Positions 8,684 to 18,857 are shown, numbered from the stretch's first letter. The stretch: 64,000 bases of DNA from an uncultured Sangeribacter sp. (GCA_964432215.1 CAYSMP010000001.1:2292-66291); one strand, 5' to 3'. Numbers and translations are program-made. The notes: generated by a model from the letters alone, not told the origin.

Positions 8684-9343
8684 ATGATATACAGACTTGA
8701 TCCTGACTCAATTGAATTTCCTGACCCTACGGATGGCGATCCTGATGGGCTTTTTGCCGTGGGTGGCGACCTTTCGACGGAAAGATTGCTCTTGGCTTAC
8801 AGTCTTGGAATTTTTCCGTGGTTCTCATTCCGTGATAGTGATGAGCCGTGGTGGTATTGTCCGATGCAACGGTTTGTAATATTCCCCGATGAAATCCATA
8901 TATCACCTTCCATGAGAAATCTTATTAATAAAGGTATCTACACCGTTACGTTCAATAAAGATTTCAAAAGAGTAATAGAGGGATGTTCTGAACAGCGTAT
9001 ATATTTGGAAGGGGCTTGGTTGGGCCAGGATATCATTGATGCTTACACTCGGCTCCATGAACTCGGCTTTGCCTCAAGTGTGGAAGTATGGAAAGGGGAG
9101 GAGTTGGTCGGTGGACTTTATGGAGTGACAATAGGTGCCGTTTTCTGTGGAGAAAGTATGTTTTCTCGAGTTGCTGGAGCAAGTAAACTCGCCCTTATTA
9201 AACTTGCCCATAAAATGCAGGCTTATAGTGCGACTCTGATTGATTGCCAATTTGAAACGCCTCATTTAAAATCCATGGGAGGACGCCAAATTCCTTATTT
9301 TGAATACCTCCATCGTCTCAGAACACCGCTTTGGACGGATTAA
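8684..9343 (+). CDS. aat: Leucyl/phenylalanyl-tRNA-protein transferase
   Basis: GLFAVGGDLS..RLL.AY..GIFPW, GESMFS, LIDCQ..TPHL.SMG motifs. Confidence 0.95.
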   Translation: MIYRLDPDSIEFPDPTDGDPDGLFAVGGDLSTERLLLAYSLGIFPWFSFRDSDEPWWYCPMQRFVIFPDEIHISPSMRNLINKGIYTVTFNKDFKRVIEGCSEQRIYLEGAWLGQDIIDAYTRLHELGFASSVEVWKGEELVGGLYGVTIGAVFCGESMFSRVAGASKLALIKLAHKMQAYSATLIDCQFETPHLKSMGGRQIPYFEYLHRLRTPLWTD

Positions 9344-9372
9344 TATAATATAACCCATTAAAACTATACACT

Positions 9373-10365
9373 ATGTTAAATGTTTTTTGGCTCTTGATAG
9401 GAGTAGCATTGATAATTTTTGCTGCCAACTGGCTGACTGATGGAGCTGCTTCGATAGCACGCAGATTTGGTATCAGCGACCTTGTAGTCGGTCTCACAGT
9501 GGTCGCTTTCGGTACGTCAACTCCGGAACTATCCATTAGTATAGTATCCGCTCTGCAAGGAAATGCCCCTATGGCAATAGGAAATGTAGTGGGTAGCAAC
9601 ATTTTTAATATTCTTGTTATCATAGGATTGGTTGCTATTATTCGTCCCATTAAAGTGGAGCGGTCTTTAATGGTCAATGATATTGGTCTTGTAGTGATTT
9701 CCGCTCTTGCTTTGCTTGCCATAGGATTTAGCGATATTCTTGGAGTTGGAAATGAAAGAATCGTTTCCCGCGTAAACGGCATTTTACTTTTACTTTTCTT
9801 TACGATATTCCTCCGCTATACATTTTCCCAGGTACAAGGCGGGGCACACATTGATGATCCGGCGGCTGCAAAGGGTGCAGAGCGTAAAGAGCTTCCTATA
9901 TGGAGGTCAATACTTCTTATCATCGCAGGATTGGGAGGTCTTGTCTACGGAGGCGACCGATTCGTGGCGGGTGCTTCCGGAGTTGCTCTATCACTTGGCA
10001 TGAGTGAGGCTGTTGTTGGCCTTACTATTGTGGCGGCCGGAACATCACTTCCCGAACTTGCTGCTTCTATTGCAGCTGCTGTCAAAGGTAATTCGGGGAT
10101 TGCAATAGGAAATGTGATTGGAAGTAATATCTTCAATATATTTCTCGTTCTTGGAGTGACATCTACAATCAGTCCCTTACCGTTTGGAGGAATAACACAT
10201 TTTGACCTTGTTGTGATGATACTCGCTTCCATCGTTTTTTGGCTTTTCTGTTGGAAGTTTGGTAAGCGGACTATTACCAGAACAGAAGGTGCTATTCTGT
10301 TTGCATTTTATATAGCATACATTGTTTATCAGGTTTTGACAGTCTCTACCCCTGAAGCAGCATAA
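9373..10365 (+). CDS. Ca2+/Na+ antiporter (YrbG/CaCA family)
   Basis: Duplicated alpha-repeats GTSTPE / GTSLPE and GNV.GSNIFN; ~10 TM segments. Confidence 0.92.
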   Translation: MLNVFWLLIGVALIIFAANWLTDGAASIARRFGISDLVVGLTVVAFGTSTPELSISIVSALQGNAPMAIGNVVGSNIFNILVIIGLVAIIRPIKVERSLMVNDIGLVVISALALLAIGFSDILGVGNERIVSRVNGILLLLFFTIFLRYTFSQVQGGAHIDDPAAAKGAERKELPIWRSILLIIAGLGGLVYGGDRFVAGASGVALSLGMSEAVVGLTIVAAGTSLPELAASIAAAVKGNSGIAIGNVIGSNIFNIFLVLGVTSTISPLPFGGITHFDLVVMILASIVFWLFCWKFGKRTITRTEGAILFAFYIAYIVYQVLTVSTPEAA

Positions 10366-10382
10366 CAAAACTGTCTAATATC

Positions 10383-11573
10383 ATGAATGTGATGTATTCA
10401 AACAAATTAACTGAAAATCCTCGGAGACATGCCAGGGTAGACGTGGCAGATGTGCTTAGAGGTTTCGCTGTGATGGCTATCATATTGCTGCATTCCATAG
10501 AGCATTTCAATTTCTACTCCTTTCCGGACACCACGGGCCAGCCGGATTGGCTTAATTTTATAGATAAGGCTATATGGAATGGTCTGTTTTTCGCTTTCGG
10601 AAGCAAAGCCTATGGGATTTTTGCTTTGCTCTTTGGCTTCAGTTTCTTTATTCAAGACGATAACCAACGGATGCGTGGCAAAGATTTTCGCCTTCGTTTC
10701 TGCTGGCGTCTTATTTGCTTATTCATTATCGGACAATTTGATGCAATCTTCTTTACAGGTGAAATCCTTGTGCTTTATGCGCTTGTAGGTTTCATTCTTG
10801 TAGTCACTTGTAGGCTTTCCACACGTTGGCTCGTGATAATAGGGACAGTCTTTATCCTTCAGCCTGTATGCATTTATCAAATGATTCGAGCCTGTCTTGA
10901 TCAAAGCTATGAGATTATAAAAATAAATTCAGGACCATATTGGGGCGCAACTTTCGCTTCACAGACAGGAGGATCATTTCTTGAAATGGCGAAGGTAAAC
11001 CTTTGGGAGGGCCAGCTTGCAAGTTTAGCATGGGCCTGGGAACATGGCCGCCTTTTCCAGACTGCTGGGCTTTTCATCTTCGGGATGCTGATCGGGAGGA
11101 GTGGATGGTTTGGAAAAACTTACCTTCCGAAGTGGGGGAGGGTGCTTGCCGCTTCTATTTTGGTCTATTTCCCTCTTACGGGAATCCTAAATATGATATC
11201 GGATTATGTAGACAATCCCAACTTTCTGACCCCATTCAATATACTTTTCAGTTCACTGACCAACCTATGCTTGATGCTCATGTGGGTGACAGGTATTCTC
11301 TTTGCCTATTACCGTACGGAAAACCTTTCGTCCAAACTATCTTTGCTCATTCCGTATGGACGTATGAGTATGACTAATTATGTCACACAAGGGATAATTG
11401 GATCTGCTTTGTATTATCACTGGGGGTTGCAACTTCAGATGGGTATTGCTGGAAGTATACTTATAGGTTTAGCGATTTTCTTAGTGCAATGGGCTGCCTG
11501 CAGATGGTGGTTTGCTTCGCATAGTCATGGTCCTCTTGAGTATATCTGGAAAAAAGCTACATGGATATGGTAA
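10383..11573 (+). CDS. DUF418 (YeiB-like) membrane protein
   Basis: DVLRGFA N-terminus, GRMSMTNY and GPLEYIW C-terminal motifs. Confidence 0.88.
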   Translation: MNVMYSNKLTENPRRHARVDVADVLRGFAVMAIILLHSIEHFNFYSFPDTTGQPDWLNFIDKAIWNGLFFAFGSKAYGIFALLFGFSFFIQDDNQRMRGKDFRLRFCWRLICLFIIGQFDAIFFTGEILVLYALVGFILVVTCRLSTRWLVIIGTVFILQPVCIYQMIRACLDQSYEIIKINSGPYWGATFASQTGGSFLEMAKVNLWEGQLASLAWAWEHGRLFQTAGLFIFGMLIGRSGWFGKTYLPKWGRVLAASILVYFPLTGILNMISDYVDNPNFLTPFNILFSSLTNLCLMLMWVTGILFAYYRTENLSSKLSLLIPYGRMSMTNYVTQGIIGSALYYHWGLQLQMGIAGSILIGLAIFLVQWAACRWWFASHSHGPLEYIWKKATWIW

Positions 11574-11623
11574 ATTACAATCACAGGCTATTGAAATCAA
11601 TCAATAGCCTGTGATTGTAATTT
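11572..11623. terminator. Bidirectional terminator-like perfect 23-bp inverted repeat
   Basis: AAATTACAATCACAGGCTATTGA-6 nt-TCAATAGCCTGTGATTGTAATTT between convergent genes. Confidence 0.8.
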
Positions 11624-11692
11624 TAACTTTTTAATATTGAAGTTTTTTCGACTTATTTTTTATTAAGATTTCGTCAGATTTCTCTTCATTCA

Positions 11693-12229
11693 TTAATACT
11701 TTGAAGTAGATGGCATGAATATTTGCTCGATAGTCTCCGCCACTGCGGCAGCGTCATCAGATGCAGCTGCAATGCCTACTCCATCTGTCACCCAAGTGTG
11801 AGGGAGGAAATGGCGGATTGATTCGCGCACTTTATCGTGGCCCGTTCCATCATGGTTGATGACAGGTACGACTCGCTTTCCACCGAAATCATATTCATCG
11901 AAGAAAGTATAGACTGCCATAGGCACGTCGTCATACCAGTTAGGGGCTACAACGACAACATATTTATAGTCTTGCATCTTACCTACTTTATCTATGATAG
12001 CAGGGCGAGTACGGTTATCCTTTTCAAGGCGTGTGACGGTCTCGAAAGTAGCTTTGTCTTCCGGATATGTCTCTACCGGAGTAATAGCGTATTCGGTTGA
12101 GTCATGTCCTTTTTCTTTAAGAGCTGCTGAAATCTGCTCAGCGATTTTTTTGCTGCCAGATGTTTCTTTACCTTTCTGGATGAAATATGCCACCAGAATC
12201 TTATCTGCATGAAGTTTTGTGCCTTCCAT
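11693..12229 (-). CDS. Flavodoxin-like protein
   Basis: KILVAYF..., YKYVVVVAPNWY..PMAVYTFFDEYDFGGKRVVP (Flavodoxin_4-like); the FMN-phosphate loop looks degenerate. Confidence 0.75.
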   Translation of the reverse strand: MEGTKLHADKILVAYFIQKGKETSGSKKIAEQISAALKEKGHDSTEYAITPVETYPEDKATFETVTRLEKDNRTRPAIIDKVGKMQDYKYVVVVAPNWYDDVPMAVYTFFDEYDFGGKRVVPVINHDGTGHDKVRESIRHFLPHTWVTDGVGIAAASDDAAAVAETIEQIFMPSTSKY

Positions 12230-12381
12230 AGTTACTTTTTTTGATTAAAATTTTTGTTATAATGTTATATTGCGGGGTTGGTTCCCGGCTTCGAAATTTA
12301 AACGCTTAACCCCCTATTTAAGTTTATTTAGATTTGATTTAGAAATATCGCTGAAAATTTCCGTTTTTCAGCGTTTTTTAT

Positions 12382-12389
12382 TAATTTTG
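12382..12389 (+). promoter_or_regulatory. Bacteroidetes sigmaA -7 element (TAATTTTG) for the ddl-ileS operon
   Basis: Matches TAnnTTTG, 80 bp upstream of ddl. Confidence 0.6.
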
Positions 12390-12469
12390 CAAGTTGTTAG
12401 AGGCATTTCTGTATTTTGAAAGAAATATGAGGCCTATTCGAAAAGAAAATACAATCCATTCAGCTGATT

Positions 12470-13666
12470 ATGAAAACTAACGTAGCAGTTTTTTTCGGTG
12501 GCAGGAGTGTGGAGCATGAGATTTCTGTGATCTCAGCCCTGCAAGCCATCAGTGCGTTCAATCAGGAAAAATACAATATAATTCCTATATATATATCAAA
12601 ACAGGGACGCTGGTACACCGGCGACAACCTGCTCAATATCCGCAACTATCGCGACATGACATCTCTCGTAGCAAATGCGGAGGAAGTGTTCATGCGCCCT
12701 GAGTATGGAGACTTTAATCTTTATAGAGTCAACACAAAGGGTGGACTTTTCTCCAAGAAGGATCCTATCGTGACAGAACTACATGTGGCGATACCTGTGC
12801 TTCATGGCACTAATGGCGAAGATGGAGTGTTTGAAGGACTTCTCGAGACAATTGGAATTCCTTTTGCAGGATGCAACACTTTAAGTTCTGCCAACGGTAT
12901 GGATAAGATCACAATGAAGATGATACTTCGTGAATGTGGAGTGCCGGTGGTAGACTACGTTTGGTTTACCGATAAAGAATGGACACGCAAACGTGATGAA
13001 CTCATCGGGCGAATAGAGTCAAAGATTGGTTATCCTGTAATTGTTAAACCTGCTAACCTCGGTTCAAGTGTAGGTATTGGAAAAGCTGCCGACCGCCAGC
13101 AGCTCATAGAAAAAGTGGATAATGCCTGCCGTTTCTCTCAGCGTATAATCGTAGAGCACATGCTTGAGAAGATGAAGGAAATCAACTGCTCAGTGCTTGG
13201 AGACTGCGACGACTATCAGCCTTCAGTATGCGAAGAACCTATCTCCAAAGGTGATTTCCTAAGCTATGATGAGAAATATCGTGGTGGCAACGAAGGAATG
13301 GCCGCCAGCGAAAAACGTATTCCTGCCGATCTTCCAAAAGAGGTGTCTGAGCGTGTTCAGCATCTCGCTTGCGAGACATTCCGTGTCCTTTCATGCCACG
13401 GTGTAAGCCGTGTGGATGTCATGATCGATGAGAAGGACGGGGAGATATACGTCAACGAGATAAATACTATACCTGGATCTCTTTCTTACTATCTATGGGA
13501 GGCTACCGGAATCAAATTCTCCGATCTAATGGACCGTCTTGTGCAGTTGGCACTGAAGCGTAAACGCGAGGTGGAACGCAAGACTTTTAGCTATGATCGC
13601 AATATTTTCGCCCTCGGAGGTGGAGGCAAAGGTGGCTTAAAAGGCACCAAGGGAGCCAAATTCTAA
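12470..13666 (+). CDS. ddl: D-alanine--D-alanine ligase
   Basis: GGRSVEHEIS, LHGTNGEDG, KPANLGSSVGI, YDEKY omega loop, NEINTIPG. Confidence 0.93.
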   Translation: MKTNVAVFFGGRSVEHEISVISALQAISAFNQEKYNIIPIYISKQGRWYTGDNLLNIRNYRDMTSLVANAEEVFMRPEYGDFNLYRVNTKGGLFSKKDPIVTELHVAIPVLHGTNGEDGVFEGLLETIGIPFAGCNTLSSANGMDKITMKMILRECGVPVVDYVWFTDKEWTRKRDELIGRIESKIGYPVIVKPANLGSSVGIGKAADRQQLIEKVDNACRFSQRIIVEHMLEKMKEINCSVLGDCDDYQPSVCEEPISKGDFLSYDEKYRGGNEGMAASEKRIPADLPKEVSERVQHLACETFRVLSCHGVSRVDVMIDEKDGEIYVNEINTIPGSLSYYLWEATGIKFSDLMDRLVQLALKRKREVERKTFSYDRNIFALGGGGKGGLKGTKGAKF

Positions 13667-13709
13667 ATACAACGCATATCGCACAACGTAAAAAACGCAT
13701 AACGCAAAC

Positions 13710-16700
13710 ATGAAAAAATTCACAGAATACACAACCCCGCTCAATCTCTCCAAAGTCAACAAGGAGATACTTGAGCTTTGGGATCGCCATAATCTCTTCG
13801 AGACATCAATGGATGTACGCAAGGGATGTCCTACTTTCGTCTTTTTCGAAGGGCCACCGTCGGCTAACGGTATGCCTGGTATCCACCACGTTATGGCACG
13901 AACCATCAAGGATATTTTCTGCCGATATAAGACTATGAAGGGTTTCCACGTCAAGCGTAAGGCTGGTTGGGATACTCATGGTCTCCCTGTAGAACTCGGG
14001 GTGGAGAAGACTCTTGGTATCACAAAAGAAGATATTGGTAAGAAAATATCTGTGGAAGAGTATAATGCGGCTTGCCGTCGCGAGGTAATGAAATATACTA
14101 AGGAGTGGACCGATCTTACCCATAAGATGGGATATTGGGTTGATCTTGACAATCCCTACATTACCTATGATAATTCTTACATCGAATCTGTATGGTGGCT
14201 TCTGCGTCAACTCTACGACAAGGGATATCTCTACAAGGGATATACCATCCAACCATATTCTCCTGCTGCTGGCACAGGACTTTCAAGTCATGAGCTTAAC
14301 CAGCCCGGATGCTACCGTGATGTGAAAGACACTACTGCTACAGCTCTTTTCAAAGTAGTAGATCCAAAAGAGGAGATGACTGGCTGGGGCGAGCCATATT
14401 TTATGGCTTGGACTACAACACCTTGGACTTTGCCTTCAAACACAGCTCTTTGCGTTGGCCCGAAATTTGACTATGTTGCTATCCGTACCTATAATCCCTA
14501 TACAGGAAATCCTATCACTGTAGTCATGGCTGAAGTGCTGGTTCCTTCTTATTTTAAGGCCGAAGGCGCCAAGGCTCCGCTTGCCGATTATAAGCATGGT
14601 GATAAGGTGCTTCCCTATGAGATTGTAGGACGCTGGAAGGGATCCGATCTCGTAGGAATGCGCTATGAGCAGCTTATGCCTTGGGTAAAACCAACTGAGA
14701 AAGTGAATGAGTTTGCCGCAGAGTTTGTTAAAGAGTATGCATCGGCTCATCCTGAAAAATGCTATGAAGTCGGTACTGACCGTTTCGTAGAGATAGCCGA
14801 TGAAGCATTCCGTGTGATTCCAGGTGACTATGTGACTACAGAGGATGGTACCGGTATCGTTCATATTGCTCCTACATTTGGTGCAGACGATGCCAAAGTG
14901 GCCAAGGCAGCTGGCATACCTGCATTGTTTATGGTCAACAAAAGAGGGGAGACCCGTCCAATGGTAGACCTTACGGGTAAGTACTATACGCTTGATGAGC
15001 TGGCTCCTGAATTTATAGAGAAGTGTGTCGATGTAGATCTCTACAGCAAGCATGCCGGAGACTATGTAAAGAATGCATATGATCCGAAGTTTAATGAAGG
15101 AGGTAAATACGATGAGGCTGCTGCTTCTAAAGCTGAAGATCTCAATGTTGTGCTCTGTATGGAGATGAAGATGGCAGGTCAGGCTTTCAGTATTGCAAAG
15201 CATGTTCACAATTATCCGCATTGCTGGCGAACCGACAAGCCGGTGCTATATTATCCTCTCGACAGCTGGTTTATCCGCACTCCGGAAGCCCGCGAACGTC
15301 TTATTGAACTCAATAAGACAATCAAATGGAAACCGGAATCTACGGGTACCGGACGTTTCGGTAAATGGCTTGAAAACGTACAGGACTGGAATCTCAGCCG
15401 CTCCCGCTATTGGGGCACTCCGCTTCCTATCTGGCGTACTGAAGACGGCAAGGAAGAAATCTGCATAGGTAGTTATCAAGAACTCTACGATGAGATTGAG
15501 AAAGCAGTCAAAGCAGGAGTCATGACGGAGAATCCTTTTGCATCTAAGGGTTTCAAGCCTGGTGACTACTCAAAAGAAAACTACGACAAGATAGATCCAC
15601 ATCGTCCGTATGTCGATGAAATTACTCTCGTTTCTGCAAGTGGAAAGCCCATGAAACGCGAGCTTGATCTGATCGACGTGTGGTTCGACTCGGGCGCTAT
15701 GCCTTATGCGCAGTGTCACTATCCTTTCGAAAATAAGGAGGCTTTGGATAGTCATGAGATTTATCCTGCTGACTTTATCGCAGAGGGTGTCGACCAGACA
15801 CGCGGATGGTTCTTTACCCTGCATGCAATTGCTGGAATGGTGTTTGATTCTGTAAGTTATAAAGCGGTTATCTCCAATGGCCTTGTTCTTGACAAGAACG
15901 GCAACAAAATGAGCAAGCGTCTCGGTAATGCCATAGATCCATTCGGGAATATTGAGAAATTCGGAAGCGACCCCGTAAGATGGTATATGATCTCCAACTC
16001 ATCGCCTTGGGACAACCTTAAATATGACGAGGATGGTGTTGCTGAAGTAAGCCGTAAGCTTTTCTCTACGCTATATAATACGTATAAATTCTTTGCTCAG
16101 TATGCCAACGTAGATGGCTTTACCGGCGATGAAGAACAAGTCCCGGTATCCGATCGTCCTGAAATCGACCGTTGGGTACTCTCGCTTCTCAATACTCTTG
16201 TAGCGGAGGTTGAGAAGGATCTTGATGATTATGAGCCAACAAAAGCAGCTCGTGCCATAGAGACATTCGTCAACGATAATCTCTCAAACTGGTATGTGCG
16301 TCTCAATCGTAAGCGTTTCTGGGCAGGCGAGATGGATAGTGACAAACTGGCTGCTTATCAGACACTATATACTTGTCTTAAGACAATTGCTCTCCTTATG
16401 GCTCCGTTTGCTCCATTCTATGCTGATCGCCTATATGGTGACCTTACTGGCGCATCCGATGAGGCAAATGGCTACGCATCCGTACACCTTGCTGATTTCC
16501 CGGTTAGTGATCCGGTGCTTGTGGATCCTGCCCTTGAGCGTCGTATGGCTCTTGCCCAGATAGCAACTTCTCTCGTACTTGCTCTTCGCCGTAAAGTAAA
16601 TATCAAGGTTCGTCAGCCACTCAGTCAACTTCTTATGCCTGCAATCGATGCAGCGCAGAAATCTGACTTTGAGGCTATCGCCCCGTTGGTAGCCGCTGAG

Positions 16701-17270
16701 GTCAATGTAAAGGAAGTTAAGATAGTCGATAATGAAGAGTCAGGACTCGTAAAGAAAGTCAAAGCTGACTTCAAGAAGCTCGGACCTCGCTATGGCAAAG
16801 TTATGAAGGCTCTCGGTAAGGCTATTACTGCAATGACGTCTGATCAGATTGCTGTGCTTGAGAGGGAAGGAAAGATTGAGTTTGCAGAAATAGAGGGAAC
16901 TCCGGTGATTACTCTGGATGATGTAGAGATAATACCTGAAGATGTTCCGGGATGGCTGGTTGCCAATGAAGGAAATGTTACGGTTGCTCTTGATGTTACG
17001 GTGACTGACGCGCTACGTAATGAAGGTCTGGCACGTGAACTCATAAATCGTATCCAAAACATACGTAAGGAGTCTGACTTTGCAATTACTGACCGTGTGA
17101 AAGTGGTGCTCTCTGACATTCCTGAGGTAAAGGCTTGTCTTGATGATTACAAGGAATATATCGCTTCTCAAGTTCTCGCTGATTCCATTAATTTGGCTGT
17201 AGAGGTGCCTGCACCGGTCAAGGAACTTGATATCGACGGGATGAAGATTCTTGCCAACGTAGTGCGCTGA
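13710..17270 (+). CDS. ileS: Isoleucyl-tRNA synthetase (type 2)
   Basis: EGPPSANGMPGIHH, GWDTHGLP, WTTTPWTLPSN, DWNLSRSRYWGTP, KMSKR. Confidence 0.98.
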   Translation: MKKFTEYTTPLNLSKVNKEILELWDRHNLFETSMDVRKGCPTFVFFEGPPSANGMPGIHHVMARTIKDIFCRYKTMKGFHVKRKAGWDTHGLPVELGVEKTLGITKEDIGKKISVEEYNAACRREVMKYTKEWTDLTHKMGYWVDLDNPYITYDNSYIESVWWLLRQLYDKGYLYKGYTIQPYSPAAGTGLSSHELNQPGCYRDVKDTTATALFKVVDPKEEMTGWGEPYFMAWTTTPWTLPSNTALCVGPKFDYVAIRTYNPYTGNPITVVMAEVLVPSYFKAEGAKAPLADYKHGDKVLPYEIVGRWKGSDLVGMRYEQLMPWVKPTEKVNEFAAEFVKEYASAHPEKCYEVGTDRFVEIADEAFRVIPGDYVTTEDGTGIVHIAPTFGADDAKVAKAAGIPALFMVNKRGETRPMVDLTGKYYTLDELAPEFIEKCVDVDLYSKHAGDYVKNAYDPKFNEGGKYDEAAASKAEDLNVVLCMEMKMAGQAFSIAKHVHNYPHCWRTDKPVLYYPLDSWFIRTPEARERLIELNKTIKWKPESTGTGRFGKWLENVQDWNLSRSRYWGTPLPIWRTEDGKEEICIGSYQELYDEIEKAVKAGVMTENPFASKGFKPGDYSKENYDKIDPHRPYVDEITLVSASGKPMKRELDLIDVWFDSGAMPYAQCHYPFENKEALDSHEIYPADFIAEGVDQTRGWFFTLHAIAGMVFDSVSYKAVISNGLVLDKNGNKMSKRLGNAIDPFGNIEKFGSDPVRWYMISNSSPWDNLKYDEDGVAEVSRKLFSTLYNTYKFFAQYANVDGFTGDEEQVPVSDRPEIDRWVLSLLNTLVAEVEKDLDDYEPTKAARAIETFVNDNLSNWYVRLNRKRFWAGEMDSDKLAAYQTLYTCLKTIALLMAPFAPFYADRLYGDLTGASDEANGYASVHLADFPVSDPVLVDPALERRMALAQIATSLVLALRRKVNIKVRQPLSQLLMPAIDAAQKSDFEAIAPLVAAEVNVKEVKIVDNEESGLVKKVKADFKKLGPRYGKVMKALGKAITAMTSDQIAVLEREGKIEFAEIEGTPVITLDDVEIIPEDVPGWLVANEGNVTVALDVTVTDALRNEGLARELINRIQNIRKESDFAITDRVKVVLSDIPEVKACLDDYKEYIASQVLADSINLAVEVPAPVKELDIDGMKILANVVR

Positions 17271-17275
17271 ATGAT

Positions 17276-17962
17276 ATGACAGACACTTCAATCAACAACA
17301 GCACCCGCCACTCTGTGATTTCCACAGGGTGGCTGGTGACTATAGTCATGCTGCTGATCGTAGTGGTAGACCAGGCCGTGAAATTCTATGTCAAGACCCA
17401 CTTCTATATGGGAGAGTCTTATGAAGTGTTTCCATGGTTTCAGATTAAATTTATCGAAAACAACGGCATGGCCTTCGGTATGGAGCTTTTCAATAAATTC
17501 ATTCTTACCTTCGGACGTATAGCTGCTGTAGTTTTCTTCATATGGTTCATAAAGAAGGCACTATCTCTTACTGATCTACGAAAAGGATTTTACATTGCTT
17601 GCGCCCTCATTACTGCCGGAGCGGCTGGAAATATCTTTGACTGTGTGTTTTACGGAGAAATATTCAATAATCCTTTTCCTCCGGAACATGCAGTGTTGTT
17701 TCCTGCCGGTGGCGGATACGCCGGATGGTTTGAAGGAAGGGTAGTGGATATGCTTTATTTCCCCTTCTTTTCGTTTACTTGGCCTTCATGGATTCCAGGA
17801 GTAGGAGGAAAGGAATATGAGTTTTTTCAGTATATCTTTAATATTGCCGATGCCTCCATATGTGTTGGAGTAGCACTTCTTATTGTTTTCTTCTCATCTG
17901 ATTGCTCAAAAGCCTTTAATAAGGTCTTCGATAATACGGAAAAGAAGGATTCTGCCAAATAA
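17276..17962 (+). CDS. lspA: Lipoprotein signal peptidase II
   Basis: DQAVK, N.GMAFG, GAAGNIFD, VVDM, FNIADASI. Confidence 0.95.
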   Translation: MTDTSINNSTRHSVISTGWLVTIVMLLIVVVDQAVKFYVKTHFYMGESYEVFPWFQIKFIENNGMAFGMELFNKFILTFGRIAAVVFFIWFIKKALSLTDLRKGFYIACALITAGAAGNIFDCVFYGEIFNNPFPPEHAVLFPAGGGYAGWFEGRVVDMLYFPFFSFTWPSWIPGVGGKEYEFFQYIFNIADASICVGVALLIVFFSSDCSKAFNKVFDNTEKKDSAK

Positions 17963-17972
17963 AACTGTCACA

Positions 17973-18857
17973 ATGCAAAAGAAATATCTGTCTATTTTTG
18001 CAATTATCGCTTTGATGGCTATCGGATGTTCCAAACGGCCTAAAGAGATTCTCAGCGAAGACAAGATGGTGGCCGTAATGACCGATATCCAGATAGCTGA
18101 GGCATACGATCGTTCGGGCGACGCTTACGATTATCTTCAGGGACGCAACAGGGAGATTCTCGGTCGCGGAATCCTTATGCAGCATGGAGTGACACCGGAG
18201 GAGATGGACAGCACTCTTGCATGGTATGGCAGAAATATGGATGAGTATCCAAAGCTCTATAAGAAAATAGACGCCGAACTTAATCGGCGTCAGTTAAAAT
18301 ACGCAAGAGCGGCAGGGGAGTCGGAAAACGAAGGCTCCTCTGCCGACTTATGGCCTTATGGACGGCACTATGTGCTTACCGACAAGTCACTGACTCGAGG
18401 GATCATTGCAAATATTCCTACGACGGATCTTATGCCTGGCGATAAACTTACTTGGAAAATGACTGTGGATGGGGCAGATTCCCGCAATCTGACCATTGGC
18501 GTTGATTATGAAGATGGCACTTCAGAGATCTCAAGACAGCTTAAGAGAGGATTCGACAAATGGGTAGAAATCACTTTGCAAACAGACTCTTTGCTTAAAG
18601 TAAGCCGAATTTTTGCAATAGCTGATTTTGAACACTCTAATTCACGCGTTTTTATTGATAGCGTGCAGCTGACGCATATTCCAATAAATAGGGAAGAATA
18701 TCGCAATAGCGGCTTTCAGCATAAAATACGTCCTGCCGGGCGCAAAATTGTCTTGCCTCCGGACACCTCTACAAACTCAAGTCTTGTGCCGGCAGAGATT
18801 ACTTCCAGTCCTTCCTTATCGACAGAAAACAATCTTGGTGTAAGCACTCGCCGATAA
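17973..18857 (+). CDS. DUF4296 lipoprotein
   Basis: Start moved to ATG 17973 (lipobox MAIGC). PKEILSEDKMVAVMTDIQIAEA...DSTLAWY motifs; usual position after lspA. Confidence 0.8.
   Translation: MQKKYLSIFAIIALMAIGCSKRPKEILSEDKMVAVMTDIQIAEAYDRSGDAYDYLQGRNREILGRGILMQHGVTPEEMDSTLAWYGRNMDEYPKLYKKIDAELNRRQLKYARAAGESENEGSSADLWPYGRHYVLTDKSLTRGIIANIPTTDLMPGDKLTWKMTVDGADSRNLTIGVDYEDGTSEISRQLKRGFDKWVEITLQTDSLLKVSRIFAIADFEHSNSRVFIDSVQLTHIPINREEYRNSGFQHKIRPAGRKIVLPPDTSTNSSLVPAEITSSPSLSTENNLGVSTRR

Noticed and set aside
11572-11623. Long perfect palindrome as a MITE/REP element
   Set aside because: Single copy in the window, no target-site duplication, and positioned like a bidirectional terminator.
12470-13666. 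Ddl as a vancomycin-resistance D-Ala-D-Lac ligase
   Set aside because: The omega loop keeps YDEKY (D-Ala-D-Ala type) and there are no vanH/vanX/vanRS neighbours.
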